NCBI GenBank assembly: GCA_008369845.1
Contig: MRSU01011608.1
Span: forward strand, 1-53,235
DNA: 53,235 nucleotides
DNA from: Trichomonas gallinae
Taxonomy: Eukaryota
Direction: 5' to 3'
In this document: positions 21,475-33,418 of the stretch, in pieces
Position numbering within the stretch: the first letter of the stretch is position 1
Layout of the letters: every line of letters starts with the position of its first letter
Notes under the pieces: generated by a model
The model's database searches: none
The model's input: the letters and a program-made list of their open reading frames with translations, nothing else
What the model was told of the DNA's origin: nothing
Position numbers and translations under genes: made by a program

Positions 21475-22817
21475 TGATTGAAAAATAAAAATGAAGAAAA
21501 CAACTTTTTACTTCGTTATTCAAATTTTTCCTCTCAAAAACAAATTTGTTCAATTTTAGTGAAATATTTCATATCAAAAGACAATGTAGCATGCGCTATA
21601 ACGGATTTGTTTTAATTCTTCTTATCAAAATTGAATTAGCACAATTTTAAGTTAGTTGGTATTTGCAATATTTTTGGCTAGATGAATCATCGAATTAAAT
21701 CATAAATTTTTGAGAGAAACCAACTTGATTATTTTTTGAATGAACACTCTCAAAATTTTTTGTTTTGAGATAAAATGTACAACACCCATAATTTTTCTAT
21801 TTATTGGTTTTTGTTCTATTGTGTGTAAAAAATTTTGAGTATTAATTCAAAAATTATTTTCAATGTATTGGGCATTGAATTCGAAATGAATTTAGCGTTT
21901 CAATATTGTAGTTCTTTATATTGTTAAGCTTTTAATAACTAATTTTTTCAATAAATTTTTCAGAACCACATTTTATTTGGTAATTGGTAAATATTGCTTA
22001 TATATAACAGATTATGATGTAAAATTTATTTCAATTTATATTTTTTATAAATGTTTTAGAAAGTTTATTGTTATTATTTTCTAAATGCTCATCACATGCG
22101 CTAATAAAAATTATTTCCTTTTTATGTTTTTCCTTGTTGTTGATTTTGAAAATTTGAAAAAACACCCATTAGATATATATTTTATGTTGTTTTCATGATA
22201 CATATAATATGCCATTGCAGTTTTCCACATCATTTTTGATTAACTCGTGCAGCCCGTCATTATTGATCAAAAACGTGAGAGATAATTATAGCTTTTATGT
22301 GAATTTCTAAAACATATAAATCATTAGTGTTATAAATATACTGTAAACAATTGATTTTATTTATCGTTTGAATTGGGATTATCAAAAAGTAACTTCAAAT
22401 ATGCATTTTAATTGCATATAAACTTGTTCTATAATGATATGCTTTGGAATATAATATTATTTATATGGTTAATTCTTGTTTTCAAGATTATTTTGATTCA
22501 AATGCATTTTTCTTATATGGAAATGATATAATTTCATTGTATATTTAGTATATATAGCCCATTCTATAAAGTTCTTTACTTTGTATAATGGCCTAATCCT
22601 TAAAAGCAATAAAGAAATTTCGATACGTTTAAATCAAGCATTTTAGGTCATAAAAAAATATATTTTAGAACTAATACTATAAGTTTATAGCCTATTTATT
22701 GTATTCTCTTGATATTTCATTATTTTCAAATATTAATTTGATGCACAACACGAATAACTGTGAATGAAATAGAAATAAAATGAGTTGGTTAAAACAATAA
22801 AAACATGCTTTTACGAA

Positions 22818-25454
22818 TTACTCTTTGTTATTTGCATCCTTTGTCAAAGATTCGTTTTGGAAGTATTTCAGCTTATCAAGGTCTCCCTTTGCATGGAGAA
22901 GAAGCTGCTGCAGTGTTGATTCTGTCAAAGAATTGTCTTCAATATTGTAGAAATTACCAATTGTGTCAGAAACAATGTGAATGATGTTATCGATGCGGGT
23001 ATTGCATTTCCTCTCGATGTTCTGGAGCCTTTCATTCATCTGAGACTCATTTTGGAAATTCATTGTTGTAATTTTAGCTTGTAGAGTCTTCTTGTCTCTT
23101 GAGTAGTCTGCTTTAACTCTATTAAGCTCTTCTTCGCACTGATCTTTGCTTGTTGACAATGTATAAACTTGCTTTTCCAAATTTTCGACATTTGACTGCG
23201 CCATTTTGAGTTTATCTGTTAGAGACTGGATTTCTACGTGATTATCAGATAGTTTTTGAGACATCTCTCTCACATTTTCCTCCAATGAAGCTCTAATTGT
23301 GTTGAAATGTTCATTAATTTCCATTATTGTTTCTTCGTACTGGGCTTTGATTGCAAGCAAGTTCTTCTTCATAGAGCGACGTTTTTCAGTGCTCTTTTGC
23401 TCAAGAATTGTGATTTTATTTTCAAGATCTTTAATCTTGTTGACATATGACTCCTCCAGCTTCTTAACGGCCTTTGTATGGGACTGTTTGCATGAATCAA
23501 GCTTAGTTTGGAGTTTCTTGTTCGTGCTTGTTAATTCTTTGTTTTCTTGTGTAAATGTTGATAATTCGCTTTCAAGATTCATGATCTTTTCCTTCATTTC
23601 GTGTTGCATATTTGTTTCTTGGTCCTTCTTTTCGTTATCATCATTGATTAATGAATTCTTAATTTGAATTTCATTATTAAGAACGTTAATACGCATTTGA
23701 AGGATGTTATTTTCTCTTTGAAGGTTGTCAACATCTAATTCGAGTTTATTGATCTTTGATTTCTGTTCTGAGTCTTTAACTTGGAATTCTAGCTTTGATG
23801 CTTGAAGTTTCTTGATATTTTCATGCATCTTTCTTCTTGTATCCTTGAGCTTCATAATCTGCTGTTCTTGAAGCAAAATCTTGTTTTGAAGGTCGTCATT
23901 TGGATTTTCAGAATTAATTTGCTCTTCTTCCATGTTTTGATCAGCATCTGGCTCTCTTTCGGAAACATGTTGTGGTTTCTTGTACTTATTCAACAAAACT
24001 TGAGCAATTAAAACATCTGATGTTAAATTATCAGCATCGAGGATCTTCTTAATCATTTCTTTTCTCTTCTCGGCATCAGAAGCAGCAAAGTATGAGTTAG
24101 ATTCGAAGTTTGGATCATTTTGGACCATTTCTTGCAAAATTGGCTCAAATTCGTCGCAAGATGAAGCAACAAAGCCCTTAACATCTTTATCATCATTGCT
24201 GCATAACTTCTTGAACTCAGAAAGCAAAGAAGCCAAAATTTGTTTATAATTTCCTGAATTCTTGTTTTCTGGAGTTTGTTTAGCCTTAAGATCGCTTATC
24301 TGCTTCCTCTGTGCAAATTGCTCCTTCTCAAAACTGTCGATTTGCTTTGCAAGTTCGTTTAATATTAATTGCAATCTCTGAACTGGGTCGTATTGGACCA
24401 ATTTCAGGATCTTTTCGAGGGACTCTTTGATTTCTCCTTGGAAAGGAAGCTTCAAATCCAGAATATTTGCGCGATTGAAAATGTTAACGTTTGATTTATC
24501 AGATTCTTGTCTGTTTGAAGCATTTTGCTGTGCTTTGAGCTGTATGAGTGATATTTGCTGTTGCTTCAACTGATTTTCGTTTAAAATTGAAAGTTTGTTC
24601 ATTTTAGCGAGAACTTCGTAAGTAAGATTCCTCTGCGTATCATATTCGAACAGTTCATCTGCCTGTTGCTCAAATTGCTTCTGGAGAAGCATAATTGCTG
24701 AATTTTTCTCCGAGATTTCCTTCTGAGCCTTGATTAACTCGTCTTTCAGTCCACAGTCGGTCATTTCTATCGTCTCGATCTTAAACTTCAAGTCATCAAT
24801 TTCATTCGCCAGTTTTAGTCTCTGATCTTGTTCTTTCTGGCAATCAGACTTCGCTTGCTCCAAAGCGGCCTTTACTTGGTCCATCTGGTCCATGTGGGAC
24901 AGTATTTTCTTTTTCATCTTCTTTTTCATGCTTTTGAGCCTAATAACGTTAGAAGATAATAAATCAATAGTTTCTGTCTTTTCTGCGTCGATCTGCTTGA
25001 ATAGCAGCATGTCCTTCTTCATTTTGTCGATTTTGTTCTGTAATTTTGCAATTTCTTCATTAACAGGCGGATTTTCGTTTGTAGATGGTTCAATGTTGTC
25101 ATTAGTATTTGTTATGTTCATAGATTTCGATTGTTCGATCTCTTTTTGATAGTGTTCGTTTAACGCTTTCGCTTCTTGCAATTGATCCTTAAGTTGTTGG
25201 ATTTGGTCTGAAAACATATTCGATTTTTCAACAGCATTGAGTGCATCATGCAATTGCACTTTCAATTTCTCGACAGTTCCTTGTAACTGTTCATTCATTT
25301 TATGAAGATTCTGATTTTCTTGCATTATTATGTCATTTGTTGGCTTAAAGACCGGTTCCTGCTGTGCTGAGTATGTGTCGCCTTCATCAGGAAAAGTATC
25401 AGTTGAAAATTCGATACTTTCCATTTTATAATACTGAATATTTCTAAACGTCAT
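22818..25454 (-). CDS. Long coiled-coil protein (cytoskeletal or SMC/myosin-tail-like, function unknown)
   Basis: 878-aa ORF rich in E/K/Q/L with heptad pattern throughout and no catalytic motif. Alternative start is the ATG at 25424. Confidence 0.8.
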   Translation of the reverse strand: MTFRNIQYYKMESIEFSTDTFPDEGDTYSAQQEPVFKPTNDIIMQENQNLHKMNEQLQGTVEKLKVQLHDALNAVEKSNMFSDQIQQLKDQLQEAKALNEHYQKEIEQSKSMNITNTNDNIEPSTNENPPVNEEIAKLQNKIDKMKKDMLLFKQIDAEKTETIDLLSSNVIRLKSMKKKMKKKILSHMDQMDQVKAALEQAKSDCQKEQDQRLKLANEIDDLKFKIETIEMTDCGLKDELIKAQKEISEKNSAIMLLQKQFEQQADELFEYDTQRNLTYEVLAKMNKLSILNENQLKQQQISLIQLKAQQNASNRQESDKSNVNIFNRANILDLKLPFQGEIKESLEKILKLVQYDPVQRLQLILNELAKQIDSFEKEQFAQRKQISDLKAKQTPENKNSGNYKQILASLLSEFKKLCSNDDKDVKGFVASSCDEFEPILQEMVQNDPNFESNSYFAASDAEKRKEMIKKILDADNLTSDVLIAQVLLNKYKKPQHVSEREPDADQNMEEEQINSENPNDDLQNKILLQEQQIMKLKDTRRKMHENIKKLQASKLEFQVKDSEQKSKINKLELDVDNLQRENNILQMRINVLNNEIQIKNSLINDDNEKKDQETNMQHEMKEKIMNLESELSTFTQENKELTSTNKKLQTKLDSCKQSHTKAVKKLEESYVNKIKDLENKITILEQKSTEKRRSMKKNLLAIKAQYEETIMEINEHFNTIRASLEENVREMSQKLSDNHVEIQSLTDKLKMAQSNVENLEKQVYTLSTSKDQCEEELNRVKADYSRDKKTLQAKITTMNFQNESQMNERLQNIERKCNTRIDNIIHIVSDTIGNFYNIEDNSLTESTLQQLLLHAKGDLDKLKYFQNESLTKDANNKE

Positions 25455-25917
25455 TTATATGATGTAAATTCGATTTGACCAGATAATAATGTATAATGGG
25501 CCTTTTTATGTATAATTTTCATTGTTTTGAGTGGCGACTGAAGAATAATTGGATCAAAAACTTGAATATTACAGAAAAATCGATGTTTTTGGAACCATTA
25601 AATGTAATATATATTATTTATGCATTGTGGTTATTTTAAAGCGTTTTATCTTAATATAATCACTAAAAAAATTAGTTTTCATAAAACATTTTTATATTAT
25701 CGGCAAAATTCTTTTTTCAAAATCTATTTTTTATTTAAATCGACATATTTAGCTTATATACTTTCTATTTATTAAGTTAAATTGAAGTTTTGACTTAGAT
25801 AAATTATTTGATAATATTAAATTTTCATTTTAGCATATGAATATAGCATGTTCATTAATGAATTCGGTAGATATAATAAAACTTTGGTCTCAAAAGCTCA
25901 TTTTTATTGTTGCAAAG

Positions 25918-26571
25918 ATGGATGATGGACCAATTATTGTTCCAATTAAAGATCTATACTCCAAAACTTACAATTTCAGAGTAAGCAAGTACCAAACTAT
26001 TCTTGACATTAAGAAATCTCTTGGACAAACGATTTTTCAAAATCCGGAAAATATTAATCTTTATTTATCGGGTAAACAACTTGATGATGATACAGAAATT
26101 AACCAAGTCAAGATTAAAGAGAATTCCTTCTTTGTTTATTCTCTAACAAAATATTCTTCAAATTTTTCTTCTGTAAATAACGCTAAAGCACTAAAATTAC
26201 GCGATGTTATACTCTTAAGATTATTTGAACCTTCTCCAGCTCCATTGCCTCCAAGAAGAAAAATATCTCAGCAAAACATTCAAGCAGAAGATACACAAAA
26301 AGAGGTATCAAAAGAACCAGAAATTGCATTAGCTAATGAAAATGAAAGTTCAGAGTCAGAAGACGAAGAAGAAAAAATACCAGTTGAAGTTTCGGATTCT
26401 GATAGTAATGAATCAAGTTCTGATAGCTCAAGTAGTAGGAACTCAAGCTCATATTCCAGCAGCCGTGATACAAGCTCTAGTAGTGACAGTAGCAGTAAAG
26501 AATCAAGCAAAAGTTCAAATAGAAGCTCAACAAGTAGTTCTAGTTCGAGTAGCAACAGTAATAGTGAATAA
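25918..26571 (+). CDS. Ubiquitin-like domain protein with acidic and Ser-rich low-complexity tail
   Basis: IKDLYSKTYNFRV...TILDIKKSL...PENINLYLSGKQLDDD..I fits the ubiquitin-fold pattern. TCATTT initiator at 25898-25903 supports the ATG at 25918. Confidence 0.75.
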   Translation: MDDGPIIVPIKDLYSKTYNFRVSKYQTILDIKKSLGQTIFQNPENINLYLSGKQLDDDTEINQVKIKENSFFVYSLTKYSSNFSSVNNAKALKLRDVILLRLFEPSPAPLPPRRKISQQNIQAEDTQKEVSKEPEIALANENESSESEDEEEKIPVEVSDSDSNESSSDSSSSRNSSSYSSSRDTSSSSDSSSKESSKSSNRSSTSSSSSSSNSNSE

Positions 26572-27009
26572 TATGCATGTTTTAGAATTTGAGGTTTTCA
26601 ATTATTAATTCGTCATTGGATTATTAGCTTAAATATAGTTCAGTTGTAATTATTATCAACAATAATTGAGTTTTATTTATTTCAGGCTTTATTAATTGTT
26701 ATTTTTGCAAAGCATTGATCAAAATAAGTTTCCATAATTACAAACAATAAGAATTCAGCCATAAAGATTGAGTTAAAACCCCAAATTTATGCGAAAATTT
26801 AAATTTAATAATTAATTATAAATTATTGTTATGTTTTGAAAAATTATCTATATTTGAATGGAATTTTGTATCCATTAGTCACATTTTGAAGAGACCAAAT
26901 GATTTAGGTAGTTGTTTTGAGTCACACTTTTCAAAAAAATATATTGAAATTAAACTCAAAATCCGTGAATTATGAATTAAATATATGATTAATTAAGTAT
27001 TATTTATTC

Positions 27010-27039
27010 AAATTGTATCATTTTAAATTGTATCATTTT
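27010..27039. repeat. 15-bp tandem duplication
   Basis: aaattgtatcatttt occurs twice in tandem. Confidence 0.85.
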
Positions 27040-28091
27040 AAAAAAAAAATTATAAAATCAAAAAATAAGAAAAAGTATAAGATAAAATCATAGAAAATCA
27101 ATATTGTATTATATTCCTTCGGTATTACTGAAAATTATTGATAATTTAATTTCGCAATTTTGAAATTAACGTGATTCTCGTAATAAATTGTTATATTTAA
27201 TCTGATAATTCATATTAATCAATATGTAAATCATTTGTTTCGATTTTTAGTATTTTTAAATTTGATTTTTATATTATAATGAATAAAATATACCGATAAT
27301 ATAACAATTTTGTGCGATATTTGAAATAAATTGATGATATATAGGGTGTATAATTGCAATAAAACAGGATGATCAAGTTTTCTCTTGCTTTTCAGGATTT
27401 CTAATTCAATAATATTCTGGGAATTTTGATCGTTTGAATAAATTTTACGTTTTCCTCACAAAACAGGAAAAACCATTTTACATTTGGTTGTCAAAATTAA
27501 TTCAACATGGAGTAGACCATTAGCAGTACACGTATTTCAGTAAATGGCCGGTTCTTTACTTTTGTTAGCTTTTTCAATCATGTTTTAAATAGTTTCGATC
27601 AATTTTTTTGGCCAGCTATCCATCATATCGGAACATATCAGATATCGTTGGAAACATGCCAGTTAATGCCATTGAAATTGTTCAATCAATTATTTGTACT
27701 TTTTCAGTTTTTCTTATTCGAAAATTTTCTACACAATTCGTATCTTTATTTTCGCAAATAACAACATTATACAATAACGATATCAAATATGAGAAATTCT
27801 TTGATAAAGAAATGAAAAGTAATTTTTTTGATAATATGAAAAGAATAAAATTTCTTAGTATGATTAATATAATTATTTAAAACATTCAATGCATCTCATT
27901 CAATTATTGATTTGATAGAAATTCAAATTAATTTTTGCTATATTTTTAACCACCAATAATAGTTAAATAAAAATTATTTTACGCCAATTTTGAAAGTTAT
28001 ATAAACGTAAAATTTCGACAAAAAATTGAATGTATATCACATAGATACTATTCTCAACAGATTCTTTTATGAAAAATTTTTCTCTTCAAAA

Positions 28092-29003
28092 ATGTTGCTT
28101 GACGGAATCTTTGAAGGGTACAAAATCCAAAGACAGCTTGGACACGGCTCATTTGGCCAGGTCTATGTGGTTAAGAGTGATAAAGATGGCCAGATTTATG
28201 CTGGAAAAGCGGAAGTTAAATCAATGAAACATTCATCAATATTATTCGAGAACAAGATTTACTCTATGCTTCAGTCATCGAAATACGTACCACGTTTTGT
28301 TGATAGTGGAACAACTTTATATTCCAATTATTTAATTATTGAATTTATTGGTCCATCAATTACAGTAATGCTTAATGATCTCAAGCGTAAGTGTTTCTCC
28401 TTATCAACAGGAATCAGATTAAGCTATCATATTTTTTTAGCCATAAAAGAAATGCATGAATTAGGTGTTATTCATCGTGATATCAAGCCATCTAATGTAC
28501 TAATACACAATGATCATGATATTCCAATCAAAATAATAGATTTTGGACTTTCTCGAATTTATATTGATCAAAAAACAGGATCGGTGCTTCCTGCACGTGA
28601 TTCTCCGGGATTCAGAGGGACTACCACTTATTGTTCTGTAAGAGCACACAACCAAAAAGAACTTGGCCGCTGTGATGATCTAATTTCATGGTTTTATGTC
28701 TGTTTTGAGTTCATTTTAGGCGGACTTCCATGGAAAAATTTCGAAAATAGAGACGATATATACAAATATAAGCGATCTCATGACATAGGCCAATTTTTTA
28801 GGGGCAATCTCCCGGAATTCTCGGAAATATGGAATTTAGTTAAACGAATGAACTATGATGATGAGCCTGACTATAACTCAATAATATCTCTATTGACAAT
28901 GGCAATGAATCATCAAAAAATCAATTTTTCAGATCCTTATGACTGGGAAACCAGTGAATCCGACTCAGACAATTCATCTGAAAATTCAGAAGACTTCTAT
29001 TGA
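28092..29003 (+). CDS. CK1-family (TTBK-like) Ser/Thr kinase
   Basis: LGHGSFGQVY, AGKAE, IHRDIKPSN, IIDFGLSR, FRGTTTYCSVRAH (no APE, CK1-type), LGRCDDLISWFY, GGLPW, EPDY. ORF-track start is TTG; ATG is at 28092. Confidence 0.92.
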   Translation: MLLDGIFEGYKIQRQLGHGSFGQVYVVKSDKDGQIYAGKAEVKSMKHSSILFENKIYSMLQSSKYVPRFVDSGTTLYSNYLIIEFIGPSITVMLNDLKRKCFSLSTGIRLSYHIFLAIKEMHELGVIHRDIKPSNVLIHNDHDIPIKIIDFGLSRIYIDQKTGSVLPARDSPGFRGTTTYCSVRAHNQKELGRCDDLISWFYVCFEFILGGLPWKNFENRDDIYKYKRSHDIGQFFRGNLPEFSEIWNLVKRMNYDDEPDYNSIISLLTMAMNHQKINFSDPYDWETSESDSDNSSENSEDFY

Positions 29004-29663
29004 AGTGTTTTTTTATATTATTTTTTATATATTTGTTTTTATAAAATACTATCTTTCTCCATGCAATTACAATCCAAATATTTAATAGTTGTTTCTCTAT
29101 TCTCGTTAATTTTGTTATTATTTTGATAGATATTATTTCATTGAAAAAGACTCTCAATCAATGTGATATTATATATTTCCCAGACTAACAAATGTGTTCA
29201 ATCAATGCATTTCATTCAAGCAAAATGAATTATTATTTTCAAATAATATCCTTTATTATTACTGAAATTCATAGAATATCTATTGGAAACATTGTTAAAG
29301 TCTATTACTATTTATTTAAAAGGTATAAAAGCAAAAAAGCTGAAGATCTCAATTTAATGAAAAATTAAAAATATAAACTTTGTGTAAATATCTGTTACAA
29401 AATAACTATTGCATGGCGAATTCTCATTTCTATGTTAGTCTATTGATGAGATTAGATAACAATCATTCAACGGTTTTCACGTATTGAGTTTACAAAAATT
29501 GATCCTTAACTAATTTACAGCACTCATAAGAAGGATATGTAAATTTAATTTGGAATAAAGATTCTAGTTGACAAAATTTTGTTATACGACACTTTTTAAA
29601 ATTATTTAATGTACTGTAGTCATTCTACAGTTAATATTTTTCTACGGTTCGTCACACAAGTAA

Positions 29664-30650
29664 CTAGTCTATAAATTGGATGTCACATGGGAATATTTCT
29701 ACCCGAAAAATAAATTTCAAAAATATTCAATTGATTTACCACTTTCACAGAAAAAAGGCAATTATTATGTACTAGATGTTATTTTTACAGATCATGGGAT
29801 AAGTTGCATTAAATTAGATTCAGCTGATTCTAACAAACTATTGGTAGGCTCAACATCATTTGATTCATTGCATGGCCAAGATGCATTAGCAATTTACTCA
29901 CTTAAAGGTGATTGTATACAGTATCATGTATGTGACACTAACTTAGTATCTACACGATTTGATGCCTATGCAATTGTAGAACGATCATCTGACGATAAAA
30001 CATCAAAGAATTATTTTTTTGAATCATCTATTTCTCATCCAACCTTAATGCAGAATATATTTTCAATTTATTACGGAGATAATCAAATGAAAAATATTAA
30101 CATTTCATTTTCATCTGGAACGTGTAACACTGCATGTTGCACACAAGCTGCAAGCATCACTGCATGCACATTTTCCAACAATACATCAGATAATAGACTT
30201 TTACTTTTAGGTAGTATTGATTGTGAAATGAAATTATGCAATATAATATCGAATGTAGAGAAAAGATCAAGTAGTGCCAGGGAAGGACTTGTTTACATGA
30301 TGAATGGAAACCTGAAAGTTTTCCAGTCAATTATTACAAGCAATAAAGTTATTAGATTGCTAGGTGGCAATCCAAATGAATCACCATCAATAGAATTGAG
30401 GCAATGTTATATTAGTGATAACATTGCGGGCTCACCAAATATTTTAAACAATGTAATTGAAACTACTAGTTTATTTATCAATATATTACAACATTTACAA
30501 TCTTATAAATGCGAAGCTGCTTCAATCATGACATTCATGAATATCCCTCCTATTCTAAAATGTACACCAATAACTAAAAGGGCAAATATATATTATCGAC
30601 GCACCTTGTATTCTTTGGCGTTGACAGTGATATTTATTGTAATAAAATAG
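29664..30650 (+). pseudogene. Putative exported beta-helix-like protein with hydrophobic C-terminus; no usable ATG at the expected start
   Basis: Frame is open from 29664 (after TAA 29661-29663) to TAG at 30650. First in-frame Met is more than 120 codons in. Clear paralog of 37332-38305 (W.(Y/E).F, GNY, NKLL, G.C.Q..(V/I)C, KN, YG, NIS, HL.(S/T)..C.A). Confidence 0.6.
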
Positions 30651-31147
30651 TCGTTAAAAAAATATCCTAAGGACGCATCTTTAAATAATAATAAAAAATC
30701 TTATTTACATTTTTCTTTTCAAAGTCATCAAAATCTTCCGAGCCAATTAGATCACCATTTGGACGAACAATTTTTTTTTCAATATGTATTAATGTTAGAA
30801 TTCATATGGCTTCTAAAATGAAATATATACGAATATGCAATTCAATTTTAACATCCATAAATATCATCTTGATGAATTATTCAAATGATATATAAGATAT
30901 TTCCCAAAAAAAAAAAAAAATCGGACATCTGCCAAAATATAAACAATTGAATAAAATTTGTAACTGTGAAAAATTATTTATTTGCAGAAACTTGATAGAA
31001 ATGTTATACTCACTCGTAGAAGTAATATCATAAAACGGCAGATATATTTTGTCAAAAAAAAAAAAACGAATTTTTATATCAAAAACAAAGATATTTTCAA
31101 TGATGCTGTTTATTAAATCAGATGTTAAAAGTGTCATTTCGGATTCA

Positions 31148-32230
31148 ATGCTTGTTTTTCTCATCGCGCAAAAGATTACATTCGACAGAGTGACCAAAAG
31201 AAGGAGATCTGACTTCTGCAAACGATATAACCGCGACTACAAAAGCTCATCAGATGGATATTTTTGGGCAAGACCAGATAAATCAGATCCATGCACAATT
31301 CCAAAATACAACAAATCAGATGATGACGATTGGGGTCTGAAAACATATAATTTCATCAGATGGGCCTCAGGCTACGAAAATACTATTATTCTCGATGACC
31401 AATACCATGAATCACAGTGTGCGTGCGCTTTATACATGTACTACAACGGTTTGTCGCATTCTGTATCTCAAACCGGAAAATGCTACGCTCCAGCAGCCTC
31501 AACAGGATGTGGAACATCAAATATAGCATGGGGATATGCACATACAGCCTCAGCAATATCTGGATATTACTGGGATGTTTACACCGATGATTTAGGTCAC
31601 AGAATGTGGCTCCTTTACGAGAACATGAAAACCACATCTTTCTGTGGCATTGGTGCATCAAGTGCCCTGAAAACATTCGGCATGGAAAAGAGCGAAAAGA
31701 TCACAATAGGAGATGATAAAATACCATTCATCGCATCACCGCCGCCAGGCCCAATAACTTTGAATTTACTTGTAAGAGATTGGAGCTTCAAGATGCCAGG
31801 CTTGTGCAAAGAGCCAAAGATAATAGTTAAACAGAATGGAACTGAAGTTTCAATGGTTAAGGAACCATATATACAGGATTGGATGGGAGAGTTCTACCAT
31901 TTCGTTCCCAACATCACAAGAGAATATAACACTTCTTACGAGGTCAAAATTGACTGTGGCGAGAAAGTTTACAAATATGCAAGTTACACAACAAACTGTT
32001 CCGAAGAAATTTCCGACTTAGAGTTTGACAGAGTTGTCAAAAGATCATCATTAGGTGTTTATTGGCAATATGGAGTTAATGCGGTGATTGTCTCTTTGTT
32101 CATCATTGTCGTAATTGTAATTGTAGGCATTGTGCTTTATATTCAGTCTGATAAATGCAAAGGAAAAATACACTTCAATTTAAACAAAGAACCAAGCGGA
32201 AGATCATCAGTCACCCAAACAATTGTTTAG
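31148..32230 (+). CDS. CAP/SCP-like domain type-I membrane protein
   Basis: Short signal MLVFLIAQ. CAP-like motifs NFIRWASG, NGLSHS, SNIAWG, LGHRMWLL. C-terminal TM (AVIVSLFIIVVIVIVGIVLYI). TCATTT initiator at 31134-31139 supports the ATG at 31148. Confidence 0.75.
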   Translation: MLVFLIAQKITFDRVTKRRRSDFCKRYNRDYKSSSDGYFWARPDKSDPCTIPKYNKSDDDDWGLKTYNFIRWASGYENTIILDDQYHESQCACALYMYYNGLSHSVSQTGKCYAPAASTGCGTSNIAWGYAHTASAISGYYWDVYTDDLGHRMWLLYENMKTTSFCGIGASSALKTFGMEKSEKITIGDDKIPFIASPPPGPITLNLLVRDWSFKMPGLCKEPKIIVKQNGTEVSMVKEPYIQDWMGEFYHFVPNITREYNTSYEVKIDCGEKVYKYASYTTNCSEEISDLEFDRVVKRSSLGVYWQYGVNAVIVSLFIIVVIVIVGIVLYIQSDKCKGKIHFNLNKEPSGRSSVTQTIV

Positions 32231-32553
32231 AAAAACATAAAATGATTCATTTTGTTTTTTATTTATGATTAAATCCTATGATTTTTTGCATCTTATTTAA
32301 TTTTTTTGCTTTTATGTGTGAATAACATGAATACAATTGCTAAAGTTATTTTATTGACTTGTATCTTTGTTATCAAATATATTTAAAAGAATTATATCAT
32401 TTTCAAAATCTTTTGATGTGCATTATTCAAAATTGTCATATTTTCGCAGTGACTCATTAGTGTAACGAATTTCTATAGCCGCAGACTGATAAAGGCATGT
32501 TATTTATATAGTAATGAAAAATTATAATTTGTACTAAAATAACGTTAAACATC

Positions 32554-32939
32554 TTATGTTTCAGTATTTTCCTTCTTATATTTCTTTTTATCTTTCTTTA
32601 TCTCTTCTTTCTTCTTTTCATCCTTTTGATCATTATTTCCTTCATCAATGCCTGATTTCTTCAAATTCTAATGAATCCACCAGTCTTCTTATAAGCAGCA
32701 GCAACACCACTGCCAATAATTGCAAGAATTTCTACAACAAAAATTATCCAAAAGCCAACAATTTCTCCTGCTGTTTGGCTTGATTTCCTTCCGACTTTGG
32801 CGTCGAAGATATAATCACTGACATCTTCACTGCAGTCTGTTGTGTAGCTAGAATATGAATAAGTAACATTGGAGCACTAAAGTTCAACATCATATGTAGC
32901 ATTCACAGCTGCTTTGTTAGGTATTTCTGGTGTCCATCT
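32554..32939 (-). pseudogene. 3' fragment of a paralog of the CAP-domain membrane protein (not in the ORF track)
   Basis: Manual translation NATYDVEL*CSNVTYSYSSYTTDCSEDVSDYIFD...IVGFWIIFVVEILAIIGSGVAAAYKK aligns with NTSYEVKIDCGEKVYKYASYTTNCSEEISDLEFD...TM of 31148-32230. In-frame TAG at 32877-32879 and a frameshift near 32665. Confidence 0.8.
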
Positions 32940-33418
32940 TTTCTCAACAGATTAAATATTTCGTCCCAGATATTTAAATAAATTTTTCAAATTGAAATTA
33001 ACTATTAATCATTGGATTATTAGTTGATGTTATTAATTTGGTTAATAGGATTAGCGGTTTTGCTTTATATTTAGTATTGTATATTGATTGAATAAATCTA
33101 ACAGTAATAATACATTAGATATTCGATTAATGAAGGAATATTTGTAATAATCAGTGCCAATATATCTCATGTTCTTATTGTAATGACTTAATTCCAAAAA
33201 TTTGTGAGTAGGATTCAATATATTTCATGAAAAGCTATATATTTAATTATATTAACGTATCATTTTCACAGAACTGATATATGGATTTAAATTGCATGCA
33301 TAAGATCATAAATGAATAATTTTACTCCCTTTTATTTAGCAAACAATAAAAATATGTTGGAATATAAATTAAATTTCACTAACCAAACATATATATTCAT
33401 TGTAATAGTTTAATAGCA

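Noticed and set aside
27280..27767. Possible heavily decayed minus-strand gene starting MLLFAKIK; also ORF 27608-27880
   Set aside because: Many stops in all frames and no recognisable motif, so it cannot be supported without a search.
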